Positions 13,781-24,301 of a DNA stretch of 64,000 bases are shown here, piece by piece (positions within the stretch are counted from its first letter, which is position 1; each line of letters begins with the position of its first letter). The notes under the pieces were generated by a model that was given only the letters and a program-made list of their open reading frames with translations, did not search any database and had not been told where the DNA came from. Source of the DNA: Mustelus asterias (taxonomy: Eukaryota). The position numbers were made by a program, and so were the translations under genes. The stretch covers positions 1,612,001 to 1,676,000 of the forward strand of contig NW_027590123.1 of NCBI RefSeq assembly GCF_964213995.1, written 5' to 3'.

Positions 13781-14716
13781 ATGGAGGGGATGGACGTGAA
13801 GGCAGTGCAACGTACCTCCTGCAGAATGTTTGAGGTGAGGGACACCGTCAGTGTCCCTGCTGATTACACCTGTGGGAGGTGCACCCAACTGCAGCTCCTC
13901 CAAGACCGCGTTAGGGAGCTGGAGCTGGACTTGGATGAGCTTAGGGTCATCAGGGAGGCAGAGAGGGCCATAGACACAAGCTTCAGGGATATAGTTGCTC
14001 CAGGAAATGAAAATAGATGGGTGACAGTGAGAGGGGCTGGGAGGAAGCAGTCGGTGCGGGGATCCCCTGTGGTCGTTCCCCTTAGCAACAAGTATTCCGC
14101 TTTGGATACAGGTGAGGGGGGCGACCTACCAGTGGTAAGCCGCAGTGACCAGATCGCCAGCGCTCAGTCCGTCCCTGTGCCTCAGAAGGGAAAGGGGGAG
14201 AGCGGTAGAGCTATAGTTATTGGGGACTCGTTTGTTAGAGGGATAGATAGGAGGTTCTGTGGCAAAAAGAGAGACTCACGGATGGTATGTTGCCTCCCGG
14301 ATGCCAGGGTCCGTGACATCTCCGACCGTGTCTTCAGGATTCTAAAGGGGGAGGGGGAACAGTCACAAGTCGTGGTGCACGTCGGCACCAAAGACATAGG
14401 TAAGAGAGGGGACGGGGACTTAAAACAGGAATTCAGGGAGCTTGGGTGGAAGCTGAGAGCCAGGACAAAACAGGTTGTCATCTCTGGTATGTTGCCGGTG
14501 CCACGGGATAGCGAGTTGAGGAACAGGGAGAGAGTGCAGTTAAACACATGGATGCAGGGATGGTGTAGGAGGGAGGGTTTCAGCTAAGTGGATAATTGGA
14601 ACACTTTCTGGGGAAGGTGGGACCTGTACCAACAGGACGGGGTGCACCTGAACCAGAGGGGCACCAATATCCTGGGAGGGAAATTTGCTACGGCTCTTCG
14701 GGGGGATTTAAACTAA
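13781..14716 (+). pseudogene. LINE ORF1p (zinc finger/leucine zipper + SGNH/GDSL esterase-like), one premature stop at 14585-14587
   Basis: SCRM..CGRC, LQDRVRELELDLDEL, IVIGDSFVRG, VVVHVGT; the same frame continues after the TAA as ..DGVHLNQRG.. (DxxH). Confidence 0.85.
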
Positions 14717-16871
14717 TTTGTCAGGGGGATGGGAAAAGGAGTTGTGGTCCAGAGGTCAGTGAGTGTAGTGAGGTACTGGGAAGGGTATCATGTTCAAAGG
14801 TGGGTACCAGCAGACAAGAAGGTGGGTTGAAGTGTCTCTACTTCAATGCAAGGAGCATCCGAAATAAGGTCGTTGAACTTGGGGCGTGGATTGGCACTTG
14901 GGACTACGATGTTGTGGCCATTACGGAGACATGGGTAGAACAAGGACAGGAATGGTTGTTGGAAGTTCCGGGATATAGATGTTTCAGTAAGTGTAGTGTA
15001 GCTGGTAAAAGAGGTGGAGGAGTGGCACTGTTAATCAAGGCGAGTGTAACGGCTGCAGAAAGGCACTTCAAAGGGGATCTGCCCACAGAGGTAATATGGG
15101 CTGAGGTTAGGAATAGGATAGGAGTGGTCACGTTTTTAGGAGTTTACTATAGGCCCCCAAATAGTAATAGAGATGTGGAGCAAGAAACTGCTAAGTAGAT
15201 TATGGATAGGTGTGGAGGTCACAGGGTAGTTGTCATGGGGGACTTTAACCTTCCAAATATTGATTGGAACCTCTATAGGTCGAATAGTTCGGATGGGGCA
15301 GTTTTTGTGCAGTGTGTGCAGGAGGGGTTCCTGACACAATATGTGGATAAGCCGACAGGAGGTGGGGCCACATTGGATTTGGTAATGGGAAATGAGCCGG
15401 GCCAAGTGTTGGATTTGGTTGTGGGAGAGCACTTTGGAGATAATGACCACAATTCGGTGTCTTTTGTTATTGAAATGGAGAGGGAGAGGGCCATACGGCA
15501 GGGCATAGTTTACAATTGGGGGAGAGGTAATTATGATGCAATCAGGCAGGAATTCGGAAGCATAGGATGGGAACAAAAATTGTCAGGCAAAGGCACGAAT
15601 GATAAGTGGAACTTTTTCAAGGAACAAATACTGCGTGTCCTTGATAGGTATGTCCCTGCCAGGCAGAGAGGAAATGGCCGAGTGAGGGAACCATGGTTCA
15701 CAAAAGAGGTGGAATGTCTTGTCAAGAGGAAGAAGGAAGCGTATGTTAGGTTGAGAAAACAAGGTTCAGTTGGCTCGATGGAGGGTTACAAGTTAGCAAG
15801 AAATGAGCTGAAAAAGGGGCTTAGGAGAGCTAGGGAAGTCCTTGGCGGGTCGGATCAAGGAAGTCCTTGGCGGGTCGGATCAAGGAAAAGCCCAAGGCTT
15901 TTTACTCTTGTGTGAGGAATAAAAGAATAACCAGGGTGAGGCTGGGGCCGGTCAAAGACGGGAGTGGAAGTTTGTGCATGGAGTCCGAAGAGATAGGAGA
16001 GGTGATGAATGAATACTTTTCTTCGGTGTTCACCAAGGAGAGGGGCCATGTTTTTGAGGAAGAGAAGGTGTCACAGGCTGATAGGCTGGAGGAAGTAGAT
16101 GTTCGGAGGGAAGATGTACTAGCAATTTTGAATAAACTGAAAGTTGATAAGTCCCCTGGGCCTGATGAAATATATCCTAGGATTCTTTGGGAGGCAAGGG
16201 ATGAGATAGCAGAGCCTTTGGCATTGAACTTTGCGTCCTCACTGTCCACGGGGGTGGTGCCAGAGGACTGGAGAGTGGCGAATGTTGTTCCTCTGTTTAA
16301 GAAAGGGAATAGAAATGATCCTGGTAATTATAGGCCGGTTAGTCTTACTTCGGTGGTCGGTAAGTTGATGGAAAAGGTCCTTAGGGATGGGATTTACGAC
16401 CATTTGGAAAGATGCAGCTTAATCCGGGATAGTCAGCACGGATTCGTGAAGGGCACGTCTTGCCTCACAAATTTGAAAGAATTTTTTGAGGAGGTAACTA
16501 AGTATGTAGATGAAGGTAGTGCAGTTGATGTCATATACATGGATTTTAGTAAGGCGTTTGATAAAGTCCCGCACGGTCGGCTTATGAAGAAAGTAAGGAT
16601 GTGTGGGATAGAGGGAAGTTTGGCCGATTGGATAGGTAACTGGCTATCTAACAGAAGACAGAGGGTGGTGGTGGATGGAAAATCTTCGGACTGGAAACCG
16701 GTTACCAGCGGAGTACAACGGGGATCGCTGCTTGGTCCTCTGCTATTTGTAATTTTTATAAATAACTTGGAGGAGGGGGCTGAAGGGTGGATCAGTAAAT
16801 TTGCTGATGACACCAAGATTGGTGGAGTAGTGGATGAGGTGGAGGGCTGTTGTAGTCTGCAAAGAGATATA

Positions 16872-19664
16872 AGAACATAAGAACATAAGAAATAGGAGCA
16901 GGAGTAGGCCATCTAGCCCCTCGAGCCTGCCCCGCCATTCAATAAGATCATGGCTGATCTGACGTGGATCAGTACCACTTACCCGCCTGATCCCCATAAC
17001 CCTTAATTCCCTTACCGATCAGGAATCCATCCATCCGCGCTTTAAACATATTCAGCGAGGTAGCCTCCACCACCTCAGTGGGCAGAGAATTCCAGAGATT
17101 CACCACCCTCTGGGAGAAGAAGTTCCTCCTCAACTCTGTCTTAAACCGACCCCCCTTTATTTTGAGGCTGTGTCCTCTAGTTTTAACTTCCTTACTAAGT
17201 GGAAAGAATCTCTCCGCCTCCACCCTATCCAGCCCCCGCATTATCTTATAAGTCTCCATAAGATCCCCCCTCATCCTTCTAAACTCCAACGAGGACAAAC
17301 CTAATCTCCTCAGCCTCTCCTCATAATCCAAACCCCTCATCTCCGGTATCAACCTGGTGAACCTTCTCTGCACTCCCTCCAATGCCAATATATCCTTCCT
17401 CATATAAGGGGACCAATACTGCACACAGTATTCCAGCTGCGGCCTCACCAATGCCCTGTACAGGTGCATCAAGACATCCCTGCTTTTATATTCTATCCCC
17501 TTCGCAATATAGGCCAACATCCCATTTGCCTTCTTGATCACCTGTTGTACCTGCAGACTGGGCTTTTGCGTCTCATGCACAAGGACCCCCAGGTCCCTTT
17601 GCACGGTAGCATGTTTTAATTTGTTTCCATTGAGATAGTAATCCCATTTGTTATTATTTCCTCCAAAGTGTATAACCTCGCATTTCTCAACGTTATACTC
17701 CATTTGCCATATCCTCGCCCACTCACTCAGCCTGTCCAAATCTCTCTGCAGATCTTCTCCGTCCTCCACACGATTCACTTTTCCACTTATCTTTGTGTCG
17801 TCTGCAAACTTCGTTACCCTACACTCCGTCCCCTCCTCCAGATCATCTATATAAATGGTAAATAGTTGCGGCCCGAGTACCGATCCCTGTGGCACGCCAC
17901 TAGTTACCTTCCTCCAACCGGAAAAACACCCATTTATTCCGACTCTTTGCTTCCTGTCGGATAGCCAGTCCCCAATCCACTTTAACACACTACCCCCAAC
18001 TCCGTGTGCCCTAATCTTCTTCAGCAGCCTTTTATGGGGCACCTTATCAAACGCCTTTTGGAAATCCAAAAACACCGCATCCACCGGTTCTCCTCCATCA
18101 ACCGCCCTAGTCACATCTTCATAAAAATCCAACATGTTCGTCAAGCACGACTTTCCCCTCATGAATCCATGCTGCGTCTGATTGATCGAACCATTTCTAT
18201 CCAGATGCCCTGCTATCTCCTCTTTAATAATGGATTCCAGCATTTTCCCTACTACAGACGTTAAGCTGACCGGCCTATAGTTACCCGCCTTTTGTCTCCT
18301 TCCTTTTTTAAACAGCGGCGTAACATTAGCCGTTTTCCAATCAACCGGCACTACCCCAGAATGCAACGAGTTTTGATAAATAATCACTAACGCATCCACT
18401 ATTACCTCTGACATTTCTTTCAATACCCTGGGATGCATTCCATCCGGACCCGGGGACTTATCCACCTTCAGTCCCATTAGTCTACCCAGCACTGCCTCTC
18501 TGGTAACATTAATTGTATTAAGTATTTCTCCTGCTGCCAACCCTCTATCGTTAATATTTGGCAAACTATTTGTGTCCTCCACCGTGAAGACCGACACAAA
18601 AAACTTATTTAAAGACTCAGCCATATCCTCATTTCCCACTATTAACTCCCCCCTCTCGTCCTCCAAGGGTCCAACATTCGCTCTAGCCACTCTATTCCTT
18701 TTTATATATTTATAAAAACTTTTACTATCATTTTTTATATTAATTGCTAGCCTAGCTTCATAGTCTATCCTTCCTTTCTTTATCGCTTTCTTAGTCTCTC
18801 TTTGCTGTTTCTTAAATTTTTCCCAATCACTTGTTTCTCCACTATTTTTGGCCACTCTGGACGCAGCTGTTTTTATTTTAATACTCTCCTTTATTTCCTT
18901 CGTTATCCACGGCTGGTTCTCCCTTTTCTTACAATCCTTGTTTTTTGCTGGAATATATTTTTGCTGAGAACTGAAAAGGATCTCCTTAAAAATCCTCCAC
19001 TGTTCCTCAGCTATCCTACCTGCCAGCCTGCTCTCCCAGTCTACCTTAGCCAATTCATCCCTCATCCTATCATATTTCCCTCTGTTCAAACAGAGGACAC
19101 TGGTTTGGGACCAAACTTTCTCCTCTTCCATCTGAATCAGAAATTCGACCATATTGTGGTCACTAGACCCAAGAGGGTCCTTCACAATAAGATCCTTAAT
19201 TCTACCTACCTCGTTACACAATACCAGATCCAAAATAGCTCGTTCCCTCGTCGGTTCCGTAACATGCTGTTCAAGGAAACTATCCCGACAGCATTCTAAG
19301 AACTCTTCCTCCATTCCACCCTTACCGACTTGAGTCTGCCAGTCAATGTGCATGTTGAAGTCCCCCATGATTATTGCCGTTCCGTTTTTACACGCATCCC
19401 TTATCTGCTTGTTTATAGCCCTCCCTACCTCAACATTATTATTTGGGGGCCTATATACCACACCTACTAGTGTCTTTCTCCCTCTACTATTCCTCATCTC
19501 TACCCATAATGATTCCACGTTTTGTTCCTCAGAGCCTATGTCATCCCTCAGTACTACCCTGATATTATCTCTTATTAATAGCGCGACCCCACCACCTTTT
19601 CCTTCCTGTCTATTCTTCCCAAACGCCTGATACCCCTGGATATTCATCTCCCAGTCCTGGATAG
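16872..19664 (-). mobile_element. Young 5'-truncated CR1-clade LINE nested antisense in the 13228-20491 LINE
   Basis: (TTCTTATG)n tail at ~16872-16890; flanking duplication GATATA (16866-16871 / 19665-19670); uninterrupted ORF2 frame. Confidence 0.95.
16969..19647 (-). CDS. LINE ORF2p (APE, N-terminally truncated, + reverse transcriptase), 892-aa open frame
   Basis: GGGVAL, YRPP, MGDFN, SDHN, NYRPVSL, GVPQGSVLGP, FADD; no internal stops. No element promoter is present, so probably not expressed. Confidence 0.8.
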   Translation of the reverse strand: MNIQGYQAFGKNRQEGKGGGVALLIRDNIRVVLRDDIGSEEQNVESLWVEMRNSRGRKTLVGVVYRPPNNNVEVGRAINKQIRDACKNGTAIIMGDFNMHIDWQTQVGKGGMEEEFLECCRDSFLEQHVTEPTRERAILDLVLCNEVGRIKDLIVKDPLGSSDHNMVEFLIQMEEEKVWSQTSVLCLNRGKYDRMRDELAKVDWESRLAGRIAEEQWRIFKEILFSSQQKYIPAKNKDCKKRENQPWITKEIKESIKIKTAASRVAKNSGETSDWEKFKKQQRETKKAIKKGRIDYEARLAINIKNDSKSFYKYIKRNRVARANVGPLEDERGELIVGNEDMAESLNKFFVSVFTVEDTNSLPNINDRGLAAGEILNTINVTREAVLGRLMGLKVDKSPGPDGMHPRVLKEMSEVIVDALVIIYQNSLHSGVVPVDWKTANVTPLFKKGRRQKAGNYRPVSLTSVVGKMLESIIKEEIAGHLDRNGSINQTQHGFMRGKSCLTNMLDFYEDVTRAVDGGEPVDAVFLDFQKAFDKVPHKRLLKKIRAHGVGGSVLKWIGDWLSDRKQRVGINGCFSGWRKVTSGVPQGSVLGPQLFTIYIDDLEEGTECRVTKFADDTKISGKVNRVEDGEDLQRDLDRLSEWARIWQMEYNVEKCEVIHFGGNNNKWDYYLNGNKLKHATVQRDLGVLVHETQKPSLQVQQVIKKANGMLAYIAKGIEYKSRDVLMHLYRALVRPQLEYCVQYWSPYMRKDILALEGVQRRFTRLIPEMRGLDYEERLRRLGLSSLEFRRMRGDLMETYKIMRGLDRVEAERFFPLSKEVKTRGHSLKIKGGRFKTELRRNFFSQRVVNLWNSLPTEVVEATSLNMFKARMDGFLIGKGIKGYGDQAGKWY

Positions 19665-21728
19665 GATATAGATAGGATGCAGAGCTGGGCTGGAAAATGG
19701 CAAATGGCGTTTAACCCTGACAAATGCGAGGTGATTCATTTTGGTAGGACAAATTTAAATGTGGATTACAGGGTCAAAGGTAGGGTTCTGAAGAATGTGG
19801 AGGAACGGAGAGATATTGGGGTTCATATCCATTGATCTCTGAAGGTTGCCACTCAAGTGGATAGAGCCGTGAAGAAGGCCTATAGTGTTTTGGCGTTCAT
19901 TAACAGGAGGTTTCAGTTTAAGAGCCGTGGGGTTATGCTGCAGCTGTACAGGACCTTGGTGAGACCACATTTGGAATATTGTGTGCAGTTCTGGTCACCT
20001 CACTACACGAAGGATGTGGAGACACTGGAACGAGTGCAAAGGAGATTTACCAGGATGCTGCCTGGTTTGGAGGGTAGGTCTTATGAGGAAAGGTTGAGGG
20101 AACTAGGGCTTTTCTCTTTGGAGCGGAGGAGGTGAGAGGAGACTTGATAGTCGTTTATAAGATGATGAGGGGGATAGATAGAGTGAACGTTCAAAGACTA
20201 TTTCCTCGGGTGAATGGAGCGGTAACTAGGGGGCATAACTTTAGGGTTCATGGTGGGAGATATAGGAAGGATGTCCGAGGTAGGTTCTTTACGCAGAGAG
20301 TGGTTGGGGTGTGGAATGGACTGCCTGCAGGGATAGTGGAGTCAGAAACTTTAGGAACATTTAAGAAGCTATTGGATAGGCACATGGAGTACTTCGGGAT
20401 GATAGGGAGGAAATAGCTTGATCTGGGTTTCAGACAAAGCTCGGCACAACATCGTGGGCCGAAGGGTCTGTGCTGTACTGTTCTATGTTCTATGATAACC
20501 ACTACACTACAGAAACAGCTGATAAGTGACGACAGCAAATCGGCCTGTTTGCAATGTTCAACTGTGCTGTATTGCTGCACGTTCAAATGGTTAGACTGAC
20601 AGCCCTCCTCTCCTCTGCCCCCCCCCCCCACGCCCCCGCCCCCCACCCCATGTGACTTGTTTCGGGAAGATAACCGTCACTTTCAACCTGATTGCTCAAC
20701 TTAACTTGAACTTCAAAACTTAGAAGCGTTCGTCTGGCAAATATCTAAGCGAGCAATGATTTCTGCCCATTCATTAATGCATCATTCTCATCTTCCTTCG
20801 AATAATCTCAACCAATTGTACTCAGTAATAAAAGCAAGTTATCGCAGATGCTGGAATCTGAACCCAAAACATAAAATGGTGGAAAATCTCACGAGATCTG
20901 GCAGCATCTGCAAGGAGAGAAAAGAGCTGGCGTTTCGAGTCCAGATGACACTTCGTCAAAGCTCATTTTGCAATTGTACTCAGTATTTGTTTCAATATTT
21001 AATATCAATACATTATTTAACACATATGTCTTCATTATGAATTGAATATCTCTGAAATTGATTATCACTGAATTGCCAACATAACTGATCAACAAAGGAA
21101 ATCGAGTCACCGGTAATACAGATCACAAATTTTTTGAGTGACCATCGTCAGCTTTTAAACAAAGTCAACTTCATTTAAATGGAAGGGATTGAAAAGATTC
21201 ATTACGCTTGAGCTTTTTTATTATGGGCGTGAAATATTCAGACGCATAATTTCCGGCCATCTTTTGGAAAGTCCAGTAGATCCAGACTGAGTCTCCATTC
21301 CCTCATCTGTCTGAGTGTTGTTTCCTATTTCTTTGTTATGAAGAACGATTTTTAAAAAGATTCTTCTGGGAAATATGCCCCATTTCCTCTAGTTCACTTG
21401 CACTATCACTTGTGTCTATCCTTTTGAGCACACACTACTATTGGACATGATTCAGATGATGATTAACGATGTTAGTCTGCACCTATAAACCCAGTAAATT
21501 CTGTTGTAGACTGAACGAGATGCTATTATGTGCATTGCGTCAAAATCGAAACGTTTCTTTCCTGTCAGTGCGTCAAAAATAAATCGGCATTTCTTATTTT
21601 ACAGAAAACATTTAAAGCCGAGGTCAGAGCAATGATAATATGGTTGTAAGATCGAGATTCGGATAATGTTCAGCAACGAACTGAAATCATACTGATTTCC
21701 CCCACCCGACATGAGAAAGCTTAATGAA

Positions 21729-21801
21729 CGTTTCAGCCCGGTTTCGAGCCAGAAACTTTGCGCGTGTTCAACAAATGTGATAACCACTACACTACAGAAA
21801 C
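21729..21801 (-). pseudogene. tRNA-Val(AAC) pseudogene (unit 3)
   Basis: Reverse complement GTTTCTGTAGTGTAGTGGTTATCACATTTGTTGAACACGCG..GGCTCGAAACCGGGCTGAAACG; anticodon stem and B-box damaged. Confidence 0.85.
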
Positions 21802-22646
21802 AAGAGACAGTACCATGCCTCCAATTCGCCTGACTACAATGTTCAACTCCACTGTGTTGCTGCAGGTTCTCATGGTTAGATTGAGAGCCCCTGTTACTTA
21901 ATACAAGAACACATCCGTTACTTTCCACCTGATATCTCAACTCATCTTGAACTTCAAAATTCAAAAGCGTTCGTCTGGGAAATGTCTATGGGAGCAATGA
22001 TTCCTGCTCAATCATTAATGCATCATTATCATCTTCCGTCGAATAATTTCAACCAGTTATATCCAGTATTTGTAGTTATTCAACATTTTATATCAAACAT
22101 AACTGATCAACAAAAGGAATCGAGTCACCGGTTAATATATGGAACTAACATCCAGGCGCTTAAAAAATTCCGTCCATCGATAGGAAAGTCCAATAAATCC
22201 GCACTAAGTTTCGACTTTCTCATTTGTCTGAGTGTTTTTTTTCTATTATTTTATTATGAAGAACGATCTTTAAACAAGACTGCTCCGGAAAATGTGTGCA
22301 ATTTCCTTTAGTTCACTTACAGCATCACTTGTGTCTGTCTTTTTGAGCACGCACCACTATTAGACATGTTTCAGACGGTGATTAACTATGTTAGTCTGCA
22401 TCTATTAAACCAACTAAATTCTGTTGTAAACTGAAGCAGATGCTAATATGTGCACGGTGTCAAAATAGGAACGTTTCTTTCCTGACATTGCGTCATAAAA
22501 TTCAGCATTTCTGATTTTCGAGAAAGCATTTAAGGCCGAGGTCAGAGCAATGATAATATGGCTGTAACATCAAGATTCGGATAATATTCAGCAAGAAACT
22601 GAAATCATACAGACATACCTCACCCTACATGAGAAAGTTTAATGAA

Positions 22647-22720
22647 TGTTTCTGCCTGATTTCAAACCGGGATCTTTTTTGCGTTGGGGGCGAACGTGAT
22701 AACAACTACACTACTGATAC
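22647..22720 (-). pseudogene. tRNA-Val-derived pseudogene (unit 4; anticodon degenerate)
   Basis: Reverse complement GTATCAGTAGTGTAGTTGTTATCACGTTCGCC...GGTTTGAAATCAGGCAGAAACA. Confidence 0.8.
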
Positions 22721-24262
22721 CGCCGGCTGCCGGTGTATTCAAAAATGTCTGTTTGGATTTTCTGACCGAGTGCGTGTTTTAAAGCAGGGGAAAAACCCCT
22801 GGAAATTAATTTACGTAATTCAGGATGTGAAAGAGAGTTTCACAAACTCGACCAACATACGATGCCACCACCGGGTGGTGTGACTTTCATTGCGAAGTTT
22901 TCAAGTTGGCGCCTGAGAATCAATAAATGTCTTTTCTATTTGTCTCATTCAGTGAATTCACAGTGAGCAGAGAGCATGAGGATGCCACAGTAACTATGAA
23001 GCGGACAGATGAAGTCAGCAATACCCATTGAAGGTCACTTGTGTTCCCTGCTGTTGCATTGGCTGGAAATAGATATTGTTCAGCTAACATATGGAGAGAT
23101 GGAATTAGGCGCATTGGAACCACAGAAAAATAGGCAGAGGAATCGACAGAAATGCAAGGACAATGACAAGTCAGTGAGAGAGTTAAGCGGAGACACAGTG
23201 AGAAAAATAAATAGACAAAGGGAGAAGCAATGGCTGAGATGGCAGCAGAAATTCAAGGAATATATGAAGTCAACAATATAAAGTACAATCTGATATGGGA
23301 AAGGTTTATCCTGAAACATCTACTCGATTGAACTGTGATTGTAGAGCATCAGGCCACTGGTTCATTTAAATAAATTTAAATTTGGGGCACAGGTCAGGGC
23401 ACAGTTGGTTATGTAGAGAGTGGTCATCATTAACAATGGAATTTGATCAATGTAAAAGAGTCAAAAACAAACATAGTGGTCCCCTAACAAGTAAGGCAAA
23501 TTATAAGGATGTTTGCAGATTTCTGAATTGGTGACTTATGATGAGAATAATGAAAGTCCTCATTCCCTAGTGCCATGCGACTTCTTGATTGATTAGTTGC
23601 AGTGGTCATGAATACGTAATGCATGAGCTCCCTCTGTTGGTGCTGAGTGGTAAATGGCCTTCTTTCTGGAGATTCAATGTATTCATTATATTTTCAAAAT
23701 ATGTTTCTGCCAAATCTTTCCTGATTTGTATTATTGTTACTGTGATGCAACCTGTAGATTTTATGACTCCTGTGAAATTGAATGCGAGTTGTTTTCTACA
23801 CAGATAGCTTTGAAATTTGCTGTTGAGTGCAATGACGGTGGGTTCAATGCCTGTAATGTTTTGAGAACTGTCCCCAATTGACAAAGAAGGCTTTTATTCC
23901 CAACCCTGGTCGCAGTCAATTGAAACATTCCCACGACCAGGACATTAATTGTGTCGCAGCTTGAGGTATTTCCATTCACTGGTATCCAGCTCACCACCGA
24001 CTGGTGGAGCCAGACCAGAAAAGCGGCATGATTGTCTTTTGGAAGAATGAGTCGAGTATGGTTCTGTGCTGGATCTGCCTGACAGATTGGATTCTGCAGT
24101 TTGTTTTCTCCATTGCGGCTGGAAAGAGCTAGGTGTCAGTTGCATCTGCGGTTAACTTGGTTTCCTCTGTTTGTGTTTGAGCGGCCGAAAACTCACTTAA
24201 CATCTGGCCATGAGTCTCAGCAATCCTCAGTCGCCACGAGCTCACATCTCCAGTGTTAAGCA

Positions 24263-24301
24263 GGTTTCTGAATGAGAGTGAGCCTTCTTTCTATCTCTGT
24301 G
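24263..24301 (-). other. 23-RSS of V3
   Basis: Minus strand: CACAGAG (24301-24295), exactly 23 nt, then TCAGAAACC (24271-24263), directly after ...AAVYNCASR. Confidence 0.9.

Larger units (their letters stand above)
13228..20491 (+). mobile_element. Full-length CR1-clade LINE (5' UTR with duplicated module, ORF1, ORF2, tail), interrupted by 16872-19664
   Basis: ORF1 from 13781; ORF2 APE (YFNARS, ITETW, GDFN, DHN) and RT (KAFDKV, FADD); tail gttctatgttctat at ~20480-20493. Lesions include a stop at 15196-15198 and a 25-nt tandem duplication near 15833-15885. Confidence 0.95.
13177..20516 (-). pseudogene. tRNA-Val(CAC) pseudogene split by LINE insertion (halves ~13177-13227 and ~20492-20516)
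   Basis: Rejoined minus-strand sequence: GTTTCTGTAGTGTAGTGGTTATCA|TGTTCACTTCACACGCGAGAAGTCCCCAGTCCGAAACCGAGCAGAAA. Confidence 0.85.
11470..22720. repeat. Tandem array of four diverged ~0.9-1.25 kb units, each carrying a tRNA-Val pseudogene (unit 2 split by a 7.3-kb LINE)
   Basis: Shared anchor ccggccat..ggaaagtccagtagatccgcactgag at ~11477, ~12715, ~21253 and ~22169, each followed by collinear sequence and the tRNA copy. Confidence 0.9.

Noticed and set aside
17648-19630. Many 60-170 aa ORFs antisense to LINE and ERV coding regions throughout the window
   Set aside because: Shadow frames of retroelement genes with no independent evidence.
11943-22720. Functional tRNA genes
   Set aside because: All four copies have stem-breaking substitutions or are split by an insertion; called as pseudogenes.
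23944-24110. Ig-like C..HWY pattern on the plus strand
   Set aside because: No second Cys/YYC motif, no RSS, and a stop in frame; likely chance.
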